DNA of 64,000 bases from Octopus sinensis (Eukaryota): assembly GCF_006345805.1 (NCBI RefSeq), contig NC_043006.1:58218001-58282000 (forward strand). Direction: 5' to 3'. Positions 40,099 through 54,356 of this stretch are shown piece by piece. The stretch's first letter is position 1. Each line of letters starts with the position of its first letter. Below the pieces are notes generated by a model. That model made no database searches, was not told where the DNA came from, and saw only the letters and a program-made list of their open reading frames with translations. The position numbers and the translations under genes are program-made.

Positions 40099-42605
40099 TA
40101 TTAAGGCAGTGAGCTGGCAGAATCGTTAGCACACTGGATGAAATGCTTAGCAGTATTTCACCCGTCGCTATGTTCTGAGTTCAAATTCTGCCAAGGTCAA
40201 CTTTGCCTTTCATTTTTTGGGGTTGATAAATTAAGTACAAGTGAAACACTGGGGTCAATGTAATTGACTATCCCCTTCCCCCAAAATGGCTGCCCTTGAG
40301 TCAAATTTTGAAACCATTATCATTATTATTACTAAGATGATGATCTGGCAGACTTGTTAGCACACTGGACATAAAGCTTAGCAGTATGTAGCCTGTTGCT
40401 ACATTTTGAGTTCAAATTCTGCCAAAGTCAACTTTGCTTTTCATTCTTTTGGGGTTGATAAATTAAGTACCAGTGAAACACTGAGGCCAATGTAATCAAC
40501 TAGTCCCAGCCCCCAAAATTTCAGGCCTTGTGCCTATAGTAGAAAGGATTGTTATTAAGGCAGGAAGTTGGCAGAATCATTTGTACACCAGGAAAATGCT
40601 TAACAGTATTTCATCCGTTAAGCCTGGCCAGCAACTATCAAACCATACAACCCATGCCAGCATGGAAAATGGATGTCAAACAATTATGATGATGATGAAG
40701 ATCCTGCTGTACCAAAGCATTATCTTATTAACAGCAGTTTGTGAAAGTAAAGCTTGGAAAATGACTGTCAAGATCACTCAGAGTTTGAATGCATTCAACC
40801 AAAGGTGTGTACACAGAATACTCAAGGTCATCTACAGGGACAGAGTCACAAACTCTGAAGTCCTGAGAAGAGCCAATCTGTGCAGCTTGCAAGAGATTGT
40901 GACAGAAAGAAGAGAGAGAGTTGCAGGTCAATGTTTCCTGGCTGTTAGAAGCAAGATAGCTCGACAACTGGTACCACAAGAGGGATGAAGAAAGAGAGGG
41001 AAGCCCAAGAAGATATAACATGCCACATAATATAACATATTAAAGGCGGCGAGCTGGCAGAAATGTTAGCACGCCGGGCGAAATGCTTAGCGGTATTGCG
41101 TCTGTCGTTGCGTTCTGAGTTCAAATTCCGCCGAGGTCGACTTTGCCTTTCATCCTTTCGGGGTCGATAAATTAAGTACCAGTTACGCACTGGGGTCGAT
41201 GTAATCGACTTAATCCGTTTGTCTGTCCTTGTTTGTCCCCTCTATGTTTAGCCCCTTGTGGGCAATAAAGAAACAGATATAACATGCCACCTTCAAAAAA
41301 GATCTGAAGCAACTTAGCATCACCTGGGAAGTTGCAGGTGACTATGCTTAAGATCAGGATTACTGGAGATGTCATGCTGCCCAAAATATAGTTCAACTGT
41401 GCTGGAAGAACTAAGACTAGGAAGACTTTTACATACTCCCAATAAAACAGTTGCAGGAGGCTCTGGCTGATCTATTCATCGATCCTCTGTGTGTGTGTGT
41501 GTGTGTGTGTGTGCGTATGTGTGTGTGTGTTCGAGCATGCACATGCACAAGCTTGGTCTATGCAACTGAGAGCAGGACAAGGTAACAAACCAAGTTGATG
41601 CACCACACGCCTGCTCTCAAGTAAGTGCCACAATATATGGGTCAGCAAAATACAATACTTAAAAGACACTGGCTCTTGGATCTTCGACACTTTTGTGTCG
41701 CAATATAAGCAAGTGGTGAATGTAAAACTAAGCAGAAATGGTATGTGGTTGGGAGAGAACTGTATGGACAGACAAGTTATAAAGACTACACATATATTTC
41801 TGAGCTGTGAACCCAATGTGGTACAAAAGAAAAAGTCCAAACTACTAGAAGAGTAGTAGTAAGGGCCGATAGAGAGCTTCCTGTCCATAGGAGATGGAAA
41901 AGCATGACAGAGAGAGAGAGAATGGTAGTAGCAACAGAGTCAGCAATAACATATATAAATCATATATTAGCACTTGCTAATATATGATTCCGTTTTTTAT
42001 TAATTTGAGTGGGTATTTTTGTTCTAGTATTTTTCTCCCCATTCCTCACTCTGTTTTACTATCCTATATCTCCCTCCACCCCTACACACTCAATAATACT
42101 ATAAAAAGAGACAAATCTCATGAAAAAATTCAATCTGAAGAATCCACTAGAGTGGATGCAAGCACTTATATATATGATTTATATATGTTATATACAGCAA
42201 TAACAACAAAACAAAGGATTTGTTGTTTCCAAAGAACCGCCAGTTGTAGTTCTGGAGAAGGCTGAGACCATCACATCACCCTCAAGACAGGAGCCAACAA
42301 CCATCAAGTTGAAACCCACTCCAACTTCCCTGAAGCACCAAAGCATCATCTTATGATTATGGTGAGTACAAAGCCCTATCTTTAGGAACAGTAAAATATG
42401 ACAAGTTGATCTTGTAGTTAACAAACATACACTAATGTATACTTACTGTAGGATTGGCATATTTACAAGCACCTAGTTGGTCGAATATATTCCACTGATC
42501 AAAACTGAAATAAATAAATACAGAGAATTGTTAACGTATAAACATTTACAGAGGCTTGTGAGTGGATTAAATAACTGGAAACTGAAAGACACCCAACCTT
42601 TATAT

Positions 42606-42656
<51 letters not shown>

Positions 42657-43095
42657 ATCAAAACAGTTTGATTCAAATTCATTGGTACTCTTGAGTTTCA
42701 AGCTTGAAACTCAAGAGTACCAACGAATTTGAATCAAACCTTTTTGATCTATACATGTAACTCCCAATAAATTGGCAGAGTGACCTTCTTTCATTTGTCT
42801 ATTCACCCGTGTGTATATATATATATATATATATCGTCAGTATGTCATATATCCAAAAGAGAAGCACACTCTAAAGCTTAGAGTAGTAATGCATTTATAT
42901 GCAGTTAAGTCTATATCCGGTCATACAGTGATTAAAAATAGCTTTCACCTATACTACACCTCTACTATGAAAATATTACAGAAGTGGTGTACTTGAATTA
43001 TAATGAAGAAGGGCTGAATTGGATGACCATTTTCACAATCTTGTCCCTAACTAGTAGATCAGTGACAAAGCAGACTGACAGGATATATACTTAAC

Positions 43096-43131
<36 letters not shown>

Positions 43132-46100
43132 ATGATCACATGACCGACCAGGCTATCAGATGTTGTTACACATCACTGATCACAATGCGCTTCACATTGT
43201 TTTAGCCTTCAAATGATGCCACCCCGCTGGCTAAGCGAGCAGGCTAACAGAAGAAAGAAAGAATGAAAGTTATGGTGAAAGAGTACAGCAGGGATCGCCA
43301 CCACCTACGGCCGGAGCCTCGTGGAGCTTTTTAGGTGTTTTCACTCAATAAACACTCACAACGCCCAGTCTGAGAATCGAAACCATGATCCTACAACCGC
43401 GAGTCCGCTGCCCTAACCACCGGGCCATTGCGCCTCCACACACACATATATATATATATAATGTTTAAATTCCCCTTGCATATATGTATATATGCACTCA
43501 TTGCTGGTATGCATATAAATGTGTGGGCATGTGTGTGGTAGTTTTAATAGACAGAAAGTCACTATCCAGCAATGTAACAATGGGATATAAATACTTCAGA
43601 GTATGGTGCAATATATAGATCACCCTAGTCATCCAACTGTATCTCTGGTATATCTGCAATCATCTCAGTTTCCTCTGTCATTGAACTACTAGTCAGGGAC
43701 AAGAGTGTAAAGACAATCATCCAGTTCAGTCCTCCTTCATTGTAATTCAAGTCCAGCACTTCTGTAGAATTTTCATCACAAAGTAGTATAGGTGGAAGCC
43801 ATCTTGAATCACTGTTCATGATCATGATTGCATACTCTTCCATTGTTGCAGTATATAAGAAGTGGAGTCATGGTCATCTTTGAAAATGAAGGATGGAAAA
43901 CTTTACAAATGAAATTGCATATCTTCTGAATAAAATATATCTAAACGGAGAGAAATTCTTGGGAGAGCCATTGAAGCAAAAAGAGATGGGAAGTGTGGGG
44001 GGTAGGTAAAAAGGGGTAAGACAAGAAGGGGTGTTGAGGTGGCAGAGGGAGAGAGGCAAGAAGACGGTATTGGAAGATTTCATCCGCCGCTGCGTTCTGA
44101 GTTCAAATTCCACCAAGGACGACTTTGCCTTCGGGGTCGATAAATTAAGTACCAGTGACGCACTGGGGTCGATGTAATCGACTTAATCCGTTTGTCCTCT
44201 CCGTGTTCAGCCCCTTGTAGGTAGTAAAGAAATAGGTATTGGAGAGTACCATAGAGGTAGAAAAAACATGAAGAGTAATGTGAATGCCACAAAAGCATTG
44301 CAGGTGAGAAAGCAGAGGGGAGGATGAGCAGGAAAGTGGTAGAAAGAAACAGTGGGTGGGTGCTGCAAGAGAAAGAAAAACTAGAGGGTATCCTAGAGTT
44401 GTGAGGGTAGGTAGTGAAATAAGGGTAAGAGAATATGTTGATGCTACACTAGAGCAAAAACACAAATGTTAAAATACTTAGAGTAAATACATACCGATCA
44501 ATAACAGGTAGGAGTACTCTCCCTAATGCTTCAGGAAAGTACAAAGACATATTTAACAATACTGTACAGATTGACTTGAAGAGCTGTTTAACAGCCAGTT
44601 CATTTTCTAATACTGGTGTAGAAGACCTGTCTTCTACTTTCAACACACAACCAACATCAGCTTGTGCTAGACTTTGGGTCAAGAATAAAATCGGTAAAGT
44701 GAAGTTCTTCATGACGAGAGCCTGTGAAAAGGTAAAAAAAAAATGATTGGTTATTCTGCACATTTACGGCCTTTAAAGATGGTAGAATTTAAAAAAAGGA
44801 AACAAGAGTTTTGAAATTACCTGAATAACAAGAGACCATACTGGGTATGGTTGACATACAAGGAGTTTGGTATGAATGTACAAAGCTACAGTTGTCTGAA
44901 GATCACCATAGCTAAGGAAGGAAAAAAAATATATTAATTGATGAATAAAACCAGAGATCTGAACAAATAAAAAGTGTTTTACATTTGCAAAAATTATTTA
45001 ACCCTTTCGTTACCAACCCAGCTGAAACCAGCTCTGGCTCTGTAGTACAAATGCTTTGTTTTCATAAGTTTTGTATTAAAATCTTCCACCCAACCTTAGT
45101 CACAATTAATGTTCCTAACACTAGAACAAATAAAAAGTGTTTTACATTTGCAAAAATTATTTAACCCTTTCGTTACCAACCCAGCTGAAACCAGCTCTGG
45201 CTCTGTAGTACAAATGCTTTGTTTTCATAAGTTTTGTATTAAAATCTTCCACCCAACCTTAGTCACAATTAATGTTCCTAACACTAGAACAAATAAAAAG
45301 TGTTTTACATTTGCAAAAATTATTTAACCCTTTCGTTACCAACCCAGCTGAAACCAGCTCTGGCTCTGTAGTACAAATGCTTTGTTTTCATAAGTTTTGT
45401 ATTAAAATCTTCCACCCAACCTTAGTCACAATTAATGTTCCTAACACTAGAACAAATAAAAAGTGTTTTACATTTGCAAAAATTATTTAACCCTTTCGTT
45501 ACCAACCCAGCTGAAACCAGCTCTGGCTCTGTAGTACAAATGCTTTGTTTTCATAAGTTTTGTATTAAAATCTTCCACCCAACCTTAGTCACAATTAATG
45601 TTCCTAACACTAGAACAAATAAAAAGTGTTTTACATTTGCAAAAATTATTTAACCCTTTCGTTACCAACCCAGCTGAAACCAGCTCTGGCTCTGTAGTAC
45701 AAATGCTTTGTTTTCATAAGTTTTGTATTAAAATCTTCCACCAAACCTTAGTCACAATTAATGTTCCTAACACTAGTATAATGATAACTTAGTTATTTTA
45801 CTAAATTCTTTGTTATATCTAAAATAATTGAGAGAAACACAGAGCATCTTAAAATAAATACAGTAACGAAAGGGTTAAAGGTCATAAATTTGTATGCCTT
45901 GGAGGGAAGAAGATGTTAATGTTTCAAGCAAAGCACATTGTTGTTGAGACAGAAAAGGGATTCACACTTATTGACCTAAGTTACTTGTTATATCAAATTT
46001 TAAATAAGTTCTATAGTGCAGATTTACATAAATAATTATCCACCCAGATGGAATATTTCACATGAAGACTAAGGCATAACATTATACAGATATACATTAT

Positions 46101-47241
46101 ATAGATACAGGTGTGGCAAAAAGCTTGCTTCCCAACCACATTGTTCTAGGTTCAGTCCCACTGCACAGCAGCTTGGGCAAGTGTCTTCTACTAGAGCCTC
46201 AAGCTGACCAAAGCTTTGTGAGTGGATTTCATAAATGAAAACTGAAAGAAGCCTGTTGCATATATATCTATATGAATGTATTTGTGTCTGTTCCCCTTCA
46301 ACACTTGACAACTTAGCTGTTTGGCAAAAGAAACCAATAGAATAAGTACTAAGCTTTAGAAGAAATAGGTCCTAGGGTCCATTAATTTGACTAAAACCCT
46401 TCAAGGTGGTGCGCCAGCATGGCTGCAGTCAAATGACAGAAACAAGTAAAAGATATACATCACCTCATCATCATCTGCCTATGTGAGTGGATTTGGTAGG
46501 TGGAAACTGAAAGAAGCCCGTCGTATATATGTGTATGTATGTGTATGTTTGTGTGTCTGTGTTTGTCGCCCCAACATCACTTGACAACTGATGCTGGTGT
46601 GTTTACGTCCCCCGTAACTTAGTGGTTCGGCAAAAGCTAACAGATTAGATCTCTCATGTCTTAACCCTTTAGCATTTAAACCAGCCAAATCCAGACTAAA
46701 TATTCTACTTGTTTTACATTCAAACTGGCCATTCCAGCCCTTCACACATACCCTACAATGTTATTCTATAAAATAAATGATCACATCTTTGAAATCTCAA
46801 AGCTACAATGTAATGCATGATTAAATCAAAGCAGTGTGAATACATTTAACTAGCAGAGCAGAATATTTAAAAAGAAATCAAACTTACTTTTTCTGTCCCT
46901 GATGTAATAACTTGGGATGTATCCATGACAACCAATGAGAATTGTAGCTATGATTGTCATCGATCAGAAGAACGGAGCGACTGAAGGAATTGTGTTTTTG
47001 GATCTGGTGTATCTTTCTACAGGCTCTGTGAGAGACATATTACAAATCATAGAATTATAACTGTCGCTTTGTATATTATATATATATATATATATATACA
47101 TATTATATTATATATATTATGTATACATATTATAATATGTATATATATACATATTATATTATATATATTAAGTATACATATTATATTACATATATTATGT
47201 ATACATATTATATTATATATATTAAGTATACATATTATATT

Positions 47242-47276
<35 letters not shown>

Positions 47277-49280
47277 ATGCTGTGGTCAAGACAAGACAAG
47301 ACAAGTTTGTGTCACCAGCCCCTTCCCACCCGCGTGTAGTAAATAACCAGATAACTATATATATATATATGTATATATAATATATTATATATATGTGTAT
47401 TACATAATATTATATATATGTGTATTACATAATATTATATATATATAGTATAAATTCATCCTATTGTAAAATCGAAGAAAACCTTAAATCGAAGGACAGA
47501 TTCCAAATACATATGGTAAATAATCATATACGAAATACAAGTCAATTAATACATTAAAATTAAAAATGTCATGTTATATTGCATAAATATTTTTTCAGCA
47601 GTATTTACGTGTACTACACCATCTATAATATATATACATACACCAAAATACACAGATGCATGTACATAGTTATATACATATTTAGATATACATATATTAG
47701 ACATAAATATATACACAAATACACACATATACATATATGTATGTATTCATGCATGCATATAAAATTTCTTGGCCTATACATATACATGTAAGACATAAAT
47801 GTTTCTCCACACCAGACATTGGCATGAAACTAGAATAATTCATGTCTGCTGTGCAAGCCATATGGCAGAAATATGTTCCAGAGCACAAGGCCACAACAAA
47901 AAGGAACAAGATTCCAAGGGAGAGGAAGATCCTTATGAGACGACAGACGAAGGTTGCAAATCGCCTCAACCAACATCCCAAAAGTAGCGAAAGGTCCCGC
48001 CTAAAGACAATACTGATGAAGATTGAAAAAAGCCTGCAACAATCCTATGTGAGGGAAAGAGCAGACAAAGAAGCCTGGGTTATAAAAAACATTAAGTCAA
48101 ACAGCATCAGTACGCTGCAAGATAGGACCCCTCTTCCAAAAGGATAGCTCCCTCATAGATAGTCCAACCAGGATCAGAGAGGTACTGAATGACCAGTTCA
48201 AAAGTGTCTATACCACCACATTGGAACACAGATAAGTGAATGAACCAGTGGACTTCTTTGCCACATCACCTAAAACCAGTGAGGCAGTTTTGATGGAATA
48301 CATCGACATTAGTGAAGAAGATATACTACTAGCCATAGACGAGGTGGATGCATACTCAACTGCTGGTCTTGATGGTTTCCCAACAATCCTCCTCAAATTG
48401 TGTAAGCATGCCCTGGCAAAACCCCTCCAGATTCTCTTCCAGAGCTTTCTTGCAAATGGCAGACTGCCAGGCAAGCTGAATAAGGGAATAATATGCCCAA
48501 TCCATAAAGGGGGAAGCAGAGCAGATGCCAAAACTTACAGGCCTATCTCTCTGACTTCACACATCAGCAAAGTCATGGAATAAATAGTCAGAGGGAAACT
48601 AATCACATTCCTTGAAGAAAATAATTTGATGAGTGATACCCAGCATGGCTTTCGATCAGGTAGGAGCTGCCTGCCTGACCCAGCTCTTACAACATTATGA
48701 CTGGGTGTTGAGGCAGTTACTTAAGTCTGGAAGGGACTTAGCACCATCCGCAGACTTGGTCTGTGGCACTCAGTAAGCTGTCCCGCAAGAATTTCCAGCT
48801 ATCTTCTATGTCCAAGTACTGTAGTTCCTCCTCCCTCTCACCAAACTTCTTGATGAGAATGTCCCTAAATCTCTGACCATGTGAAGGGCTGTTTAGCTTC
48901 CAAATCCTTCTCTTCTGGATTGGTCTGCTTCTTGGCATCTACCTGGTGGAACTTGAACTCAGAATGTAAAGATGGATGAAATGCTGCAAAGTATTTTGCC
49001 TGGCATGCTAACAATTCAGCCAGCTTGCAACAACAACAACAACAATAATAATAATAATAATAATAATAGTAGTAAATAATAAATAATAATGGACACTTTA
49101 GAAATACCCTACAATCTTGGTGTACTGTGAAAATTGGCTCTACTTGAAACTGCACACATACTGCATAGAGTATTGTCTGTCTGTGGTGTTTGCTGTGACT
49201 TGACAGATAGTACAAATCCCTGGAACACATGATATCTTCAATCTACAAGATCACAATACTGGATACTATGTGATGTCTTC

Positions 49281-49315
<35 letters not shown>

Positions 49316-49524
49316 TAAGAATGTTGGAGAAGTAATGAATGAAACCAAGATCATAGGCGCAAGAGTGGCTGTGTGGTAAGTAGCTTGCTTACCAACCACA
49401 CGGTTCCGGGTCCAGTCCCTCTACATGGCACCTTGGGCAAGTGTCTTCTACTATAGCCTCGGGCAGACCAAAACCTTGTGAGTGGATTTGGTAGACGGAA
49501 ACTGAAAGAAGCCCGTCGTATATA

Positions 49525-49566
<42 letters not shown>

Positions 49567-52500
49567 TCCCCCCAACATCACTTGACAACCAATGCTCGTG
49601 TGTTTGCATCCCCGTAACTTAGCAGTTCGGCAAAAGAGACTGATAGAATAAGCACTAGGCTTACAAAGAATAAGTCCTGGGGTCGATTTGCTCGACTAAA
49701 GGCGGTGCTCCAGCATGGCCACAGTCAAATGACTGAAACAAGTTAAAGAGTAAAGAGTATTGCCATACATGGAGATGTACAGGTGGATGATAAAGAACTG
49801 GAAAAGATTGAGAAGTACAAGCCACTAAAGGATGAGAATGCACAAATGTGAGCAATGAAGAAAGTAACTGTCAACAAGAAGTAGGGCCATTGGGAACATG
49901 AGGGTAGAATATGCTTATAAAACTGCTTTAGTGGGGACAGCAAGGGTTTTGAGACTGGCACTTGGACGTTAAGTATCAAAGAAGAAGATCCTGTGAGACC
50001 CTTGACAACAGGTTGTTGTCTGCTCTTGTAGAATTAGCCAGAGCAAGAGGAATCAAAAGCTCTAAGTGAAATAAATGTACAACAATAATAAAAATAATAT
50101 TAATACCTTCTAATTTTGACACAAGGCTAGCAATTTCAAAGGAAGGGGAGAGTAGATTACCCTGACCCCAATACTTGACTGATATTTTATTTTATCACTG
50201 CCAAAAAGGATGACAGGCAAAGTTGACTTCAGCATTATCTGAACATAGAATGTAAAGAATTGAAAGAAATGCCACTAAGCATTTTGTCCATGCAGTAATA
50301 ATTCTGTTAAGTTGTCACCTTTAACGCCTTACTTCCCTGGGCATGGATACATTGAAACTCCGTCTGGCAGCTGACTTGGCAGACACCCATAAAATTATTA
50401 ACCATCTTACAAACAATAACTCTGAGCACCTTTTCAAACTCCACCTATCTAACACCCATGGACATGTTTACAAAGTCAGAAAACAGCACAGCTCTAATGA
50501 CTTTCAGAAATATTTTTTCATGCTAAGAGTTGCTGAAGCATGGAACAAACTGCCGGTATCAGTTGTTAGTTGTCGGAGCACTGCATCCTTCAAAACTTCC
50601 ATGCTTCCTGAGATTCGCCAACACTACACCTGATTTTCTCCCCTCCATACACACGCAAGCATGTATCTGACTCATACACTGTTCACTTTACAGACATTTT
50701 GTACATTACTGCATATGCTTTATATGCACTTTTGACAAATTGTGGTGCACCTGAGCACTGTATACAATAATTTCATTATTGTTATTTTTTTAATCAAATG
50801 ATAAAATAGAATACTTACTTATATAGGAGATCAACAGGAGAAGTAACAACAGCAAGAACAGATAAGAGGATTGAACAAAGGTTGTGTATGCTATAGTGAG
50901 GTTGTTGATTATAGCCAGGTTCCAGGAGCTTGACACTTGAGTCACAAACGTACATCATTTGGTCAAACATGCAAAGTAATATTGTAATGATATCCATTCT
51001 AAAATAATTAGAAAGAAATAATAACAATTATTTTCAATTAAACTTTCTGTAAATTACACAAAGTTTCAGGAGTCAAACTATTACACACAATACATAAAAT
51101 GAGAAACATAAATCCAGTGTACACAACTGAAGTAGTATCTATGTATCATACAAAATGTATGTACACCACTAAAAGACAAGAAACTGCAGTTTTGCCCGAG
51201 ATCTCTTACAGATGAAATTTCATCGCGGCGGTGGCTGCGAGTAAGACAGATGAATTTTGGCCTTCTTGAACCTTGGCAATGACAAGAACTTGCAGCCACA
51301 TATATCATCTCTCTCTAACAGAAAACCAGTAACTTTGAGGTAGGGGAGATAATTATTTTGACACCATGGGCGATAAAATTATCTCCCCTGGAATATGATT
51401 AAAAATGGGGGGGGGGGGTTTCTATCTCTAGAAGTTTGATGGGCAAAGTTGACATAAGCAGAATTTGAACTTAGAACGTAAGAACTGGAACAGAAACTGC
51501 AAGGCATTTTATCCAATGTCCTAAAGATTCTGCCAATACATTACATGCTAAACAATTTATATTTTGTAACGGGTTTATAGCTGATGAACCATCAAATTCT
51601 GACAAGTCATAACTAGTCTTTGGTAGACTGAAACTATACAAAAGCACAGCATATATACATATATAACGACATTATGCAGAGGTTTGCTTGTCTTTTTAAG
51701 ATGTAACTTAGCAGTGCAACAAATAGAGATCGTTATAATAAGTACCCTACTGAAATAAGATCTGAGCCAACAATGGTATTTCTATGCCGTTGTTTAACTT
51801 GCAAGAAATGGCAACCAATTTTCCCTCAATTCATTATATCATGTGGCCCTAGATGGTTGCAGAATGTCTTTGATCTCAGGTCTATTTGATCACAATCACC
51901 TTTAAGTTAAATGACTACAACTGCTAAATCATTTATCAATAATGATGAAACTTATACCTGAATTGAATGACACGTCGAAAACTTGGTTTTATACGTGTAT
52001 ATCTTCTTGTGAGCATTGCCAGAGATTCATAGAGAATATTGGTAAAAAGACTTTGAGCTAAATTTGGAGGACATATAGACCAAATGTCAGTCCGGACACC
52101 AGTCAAGTGTTGGTGCCACATCTGAATGGGGAAGGAACACCTTTCATTCTGTGGAAAAGAAACGAGAGACATTATTTAATTCAGGAAGAAAATGTTAAAG
52201 GCCAAAGTGAAAAGTACATAGTACAAGAATCAGAACATAGGAGAATCAAATAATAACAACAACAATAACAATAATAATAATAATAATAATAATAAATGCC
52301 CTGATGCAGTAACAGGCAGTGGCTCTCATGGCTTCTGATCTTAACTGATTGGAAGTGTTATCATGTACATTGTTTTGTCTTGGTACAAAAGATGGGCTAC
52401 AGCAAATATTCTGCTCAATACCACAGATTTGCTTGTCAGTTGTTTGACCGTAACCAGTTGAGCATGTCCTTTAGTGGCTAACGATATGTGCATCTCTGAT

Positions 52501-54316
52501 CACAAGCAGAAGTAGTGGGGGAGCATCATAGCCATGTGTTGAGAGGGATTCTTTGGGGTTTGAATAATTCACCTCTGGAAACATGGGTGGATCTTTCAAC
52601 ATCCTTAAACAACCCTTATTCAGGGACCTTTTGAGCGGGATGGGCTACTCAACCTGAAGAAAATTCTAACTGGGTCCCACCTGCAAGGTCATGTGCTGTT
52701 TATCTTGATATGAGATCACCATGTCGCACACATATGGCTGTGATGCATGTGCCTGGTGTACCCTTATCAGACGGGTAGTCATGATGGGTATATTGGGCTT
52801 CGTATATTTTACCCCTGTGTCACTTTGATGGCATGAACTGCTCTCTCACTCAATAATAATAATAATAATAATAATAACCCCAAAGGGATGAAAGGCAAAG
52901 TTGACCCCAGCAGAATTTTAGTTCAGAATGCAAAGCCAAAACTAAAAAGTTTTGCAGGAAGGGGATAGTTGATTACATTGACCACAGCACTGAACTGATA
53001 CTTATTTTATTGACCCCAAAAGGCTGAAAGGCAAAGGCGATCCAGCAGCATTTGAACTCAGAATGTAAAGACAGATGAAATGCTGCTAAATATCTTGCCT
53101 GGCATGCTAACAGTTCTGCTAGCTCGCCATCTTAAAAAAAAAAAAAAAGGAAAAAAAATAATAATAATAATAATAATAATAATTTCAAATTTTGGTACAT
53201 GACCAGGACTTTCAGGGGAAAATTAAGTCAATTGCTTGACCCCAGTGTTCAATTGGCACTTATTTTATTGACCCCAAAAGGATGAGAAGCAAGGCAAAGT
53301 TGGCAACCAATGCATGAAACTCTCAGACTTTGAGCCACTCTGTTATTTCTACTAAATATTGATACATATTATCTAGCCAATTATGTGGATAAACAAATTA
53401 GATACATTAAATACACAGAGTACAAACGACAGAAAATTAAAGTCGTTTGTACTCTGTGTAAGCTGAACTTATTAATATAAATATCTAAATATTTATACTT
53501 AAAAATTCATCATCTGAAAGTCTCCACCTTTTGCTATTTCTCATTTTGTTTGTATATATATATATATATATATATACATATTTTGAATTTCATACCCGAA
53601 CTATTATAAATAATATATATGTAATACATTTAATGAGTCCAATTTGTTTATCTGCATAATTGCGTCTATACCCGCTCAACTTGATCCCTCTTATAGTCTT
53701 TCTTTACCTTGTGGAATTGATCCCCTGCAAACACATCAGGGGCTAAGTTTGAAGCTTTTGAGCACTACTAAGTGTTGTCTATACAGAGAATCTCTAGCTC
53801 TCATCTGTGGACTATATATACTATATACATGATGTATATATATATATATATATATACATCATCATCATACATTAATATCCATTTTCTATTCTGGGATGGA
53901 TTGGATACAAGATGTGACAAGTCACAAGGCTTCACTGAGACCCCAATGTCTGTTCTGGCACGGTTTCTATGACTTGACACCCTTCCTAATGCCAACCGTT
54001 TTACAGAGTGTACTTAGTGCATTTTTTTTTCTCCCTTCTTCACAGCACCACCGCTGGTGCCAACACCAAGTAACTTGCAACACAATCCCCTCAATTGAGT
54101 ACTGAGAGAGGGAGTCTGGAATGCTACTGGGAATGCAGGATTGGTGACAAAAGAAACTGATTCAAACAAAAAGGATAGCTGAGATCACATAAAGAGGTTA
54201 TATAATTACAGAACACGAGTGTTGTAGTGAGGAGAATGATGGAGGGATGGGTGTTAGGAAGATGTGTTAAGGGGGAAAGGTAACCGTATCAGTGTGTCTG
54301 TCTGTATATCTATCTA

Positions 54317-54356
<40 letters not shown>

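Noticed and set aside
43625-43843. Minus-strand ORF as a KIAA0825 exon
   Set aside because: A diverged inverted copy at 42966-43078 indicates a repeat, and the exon chain closes without it.
51343-51388. 12-bp hairpin ggggagataatt/aattatctcccc
   Set aside because: Short, lies among degenerate SINE tail sequence, and a similar motif recurs near 57985; not distinctive.
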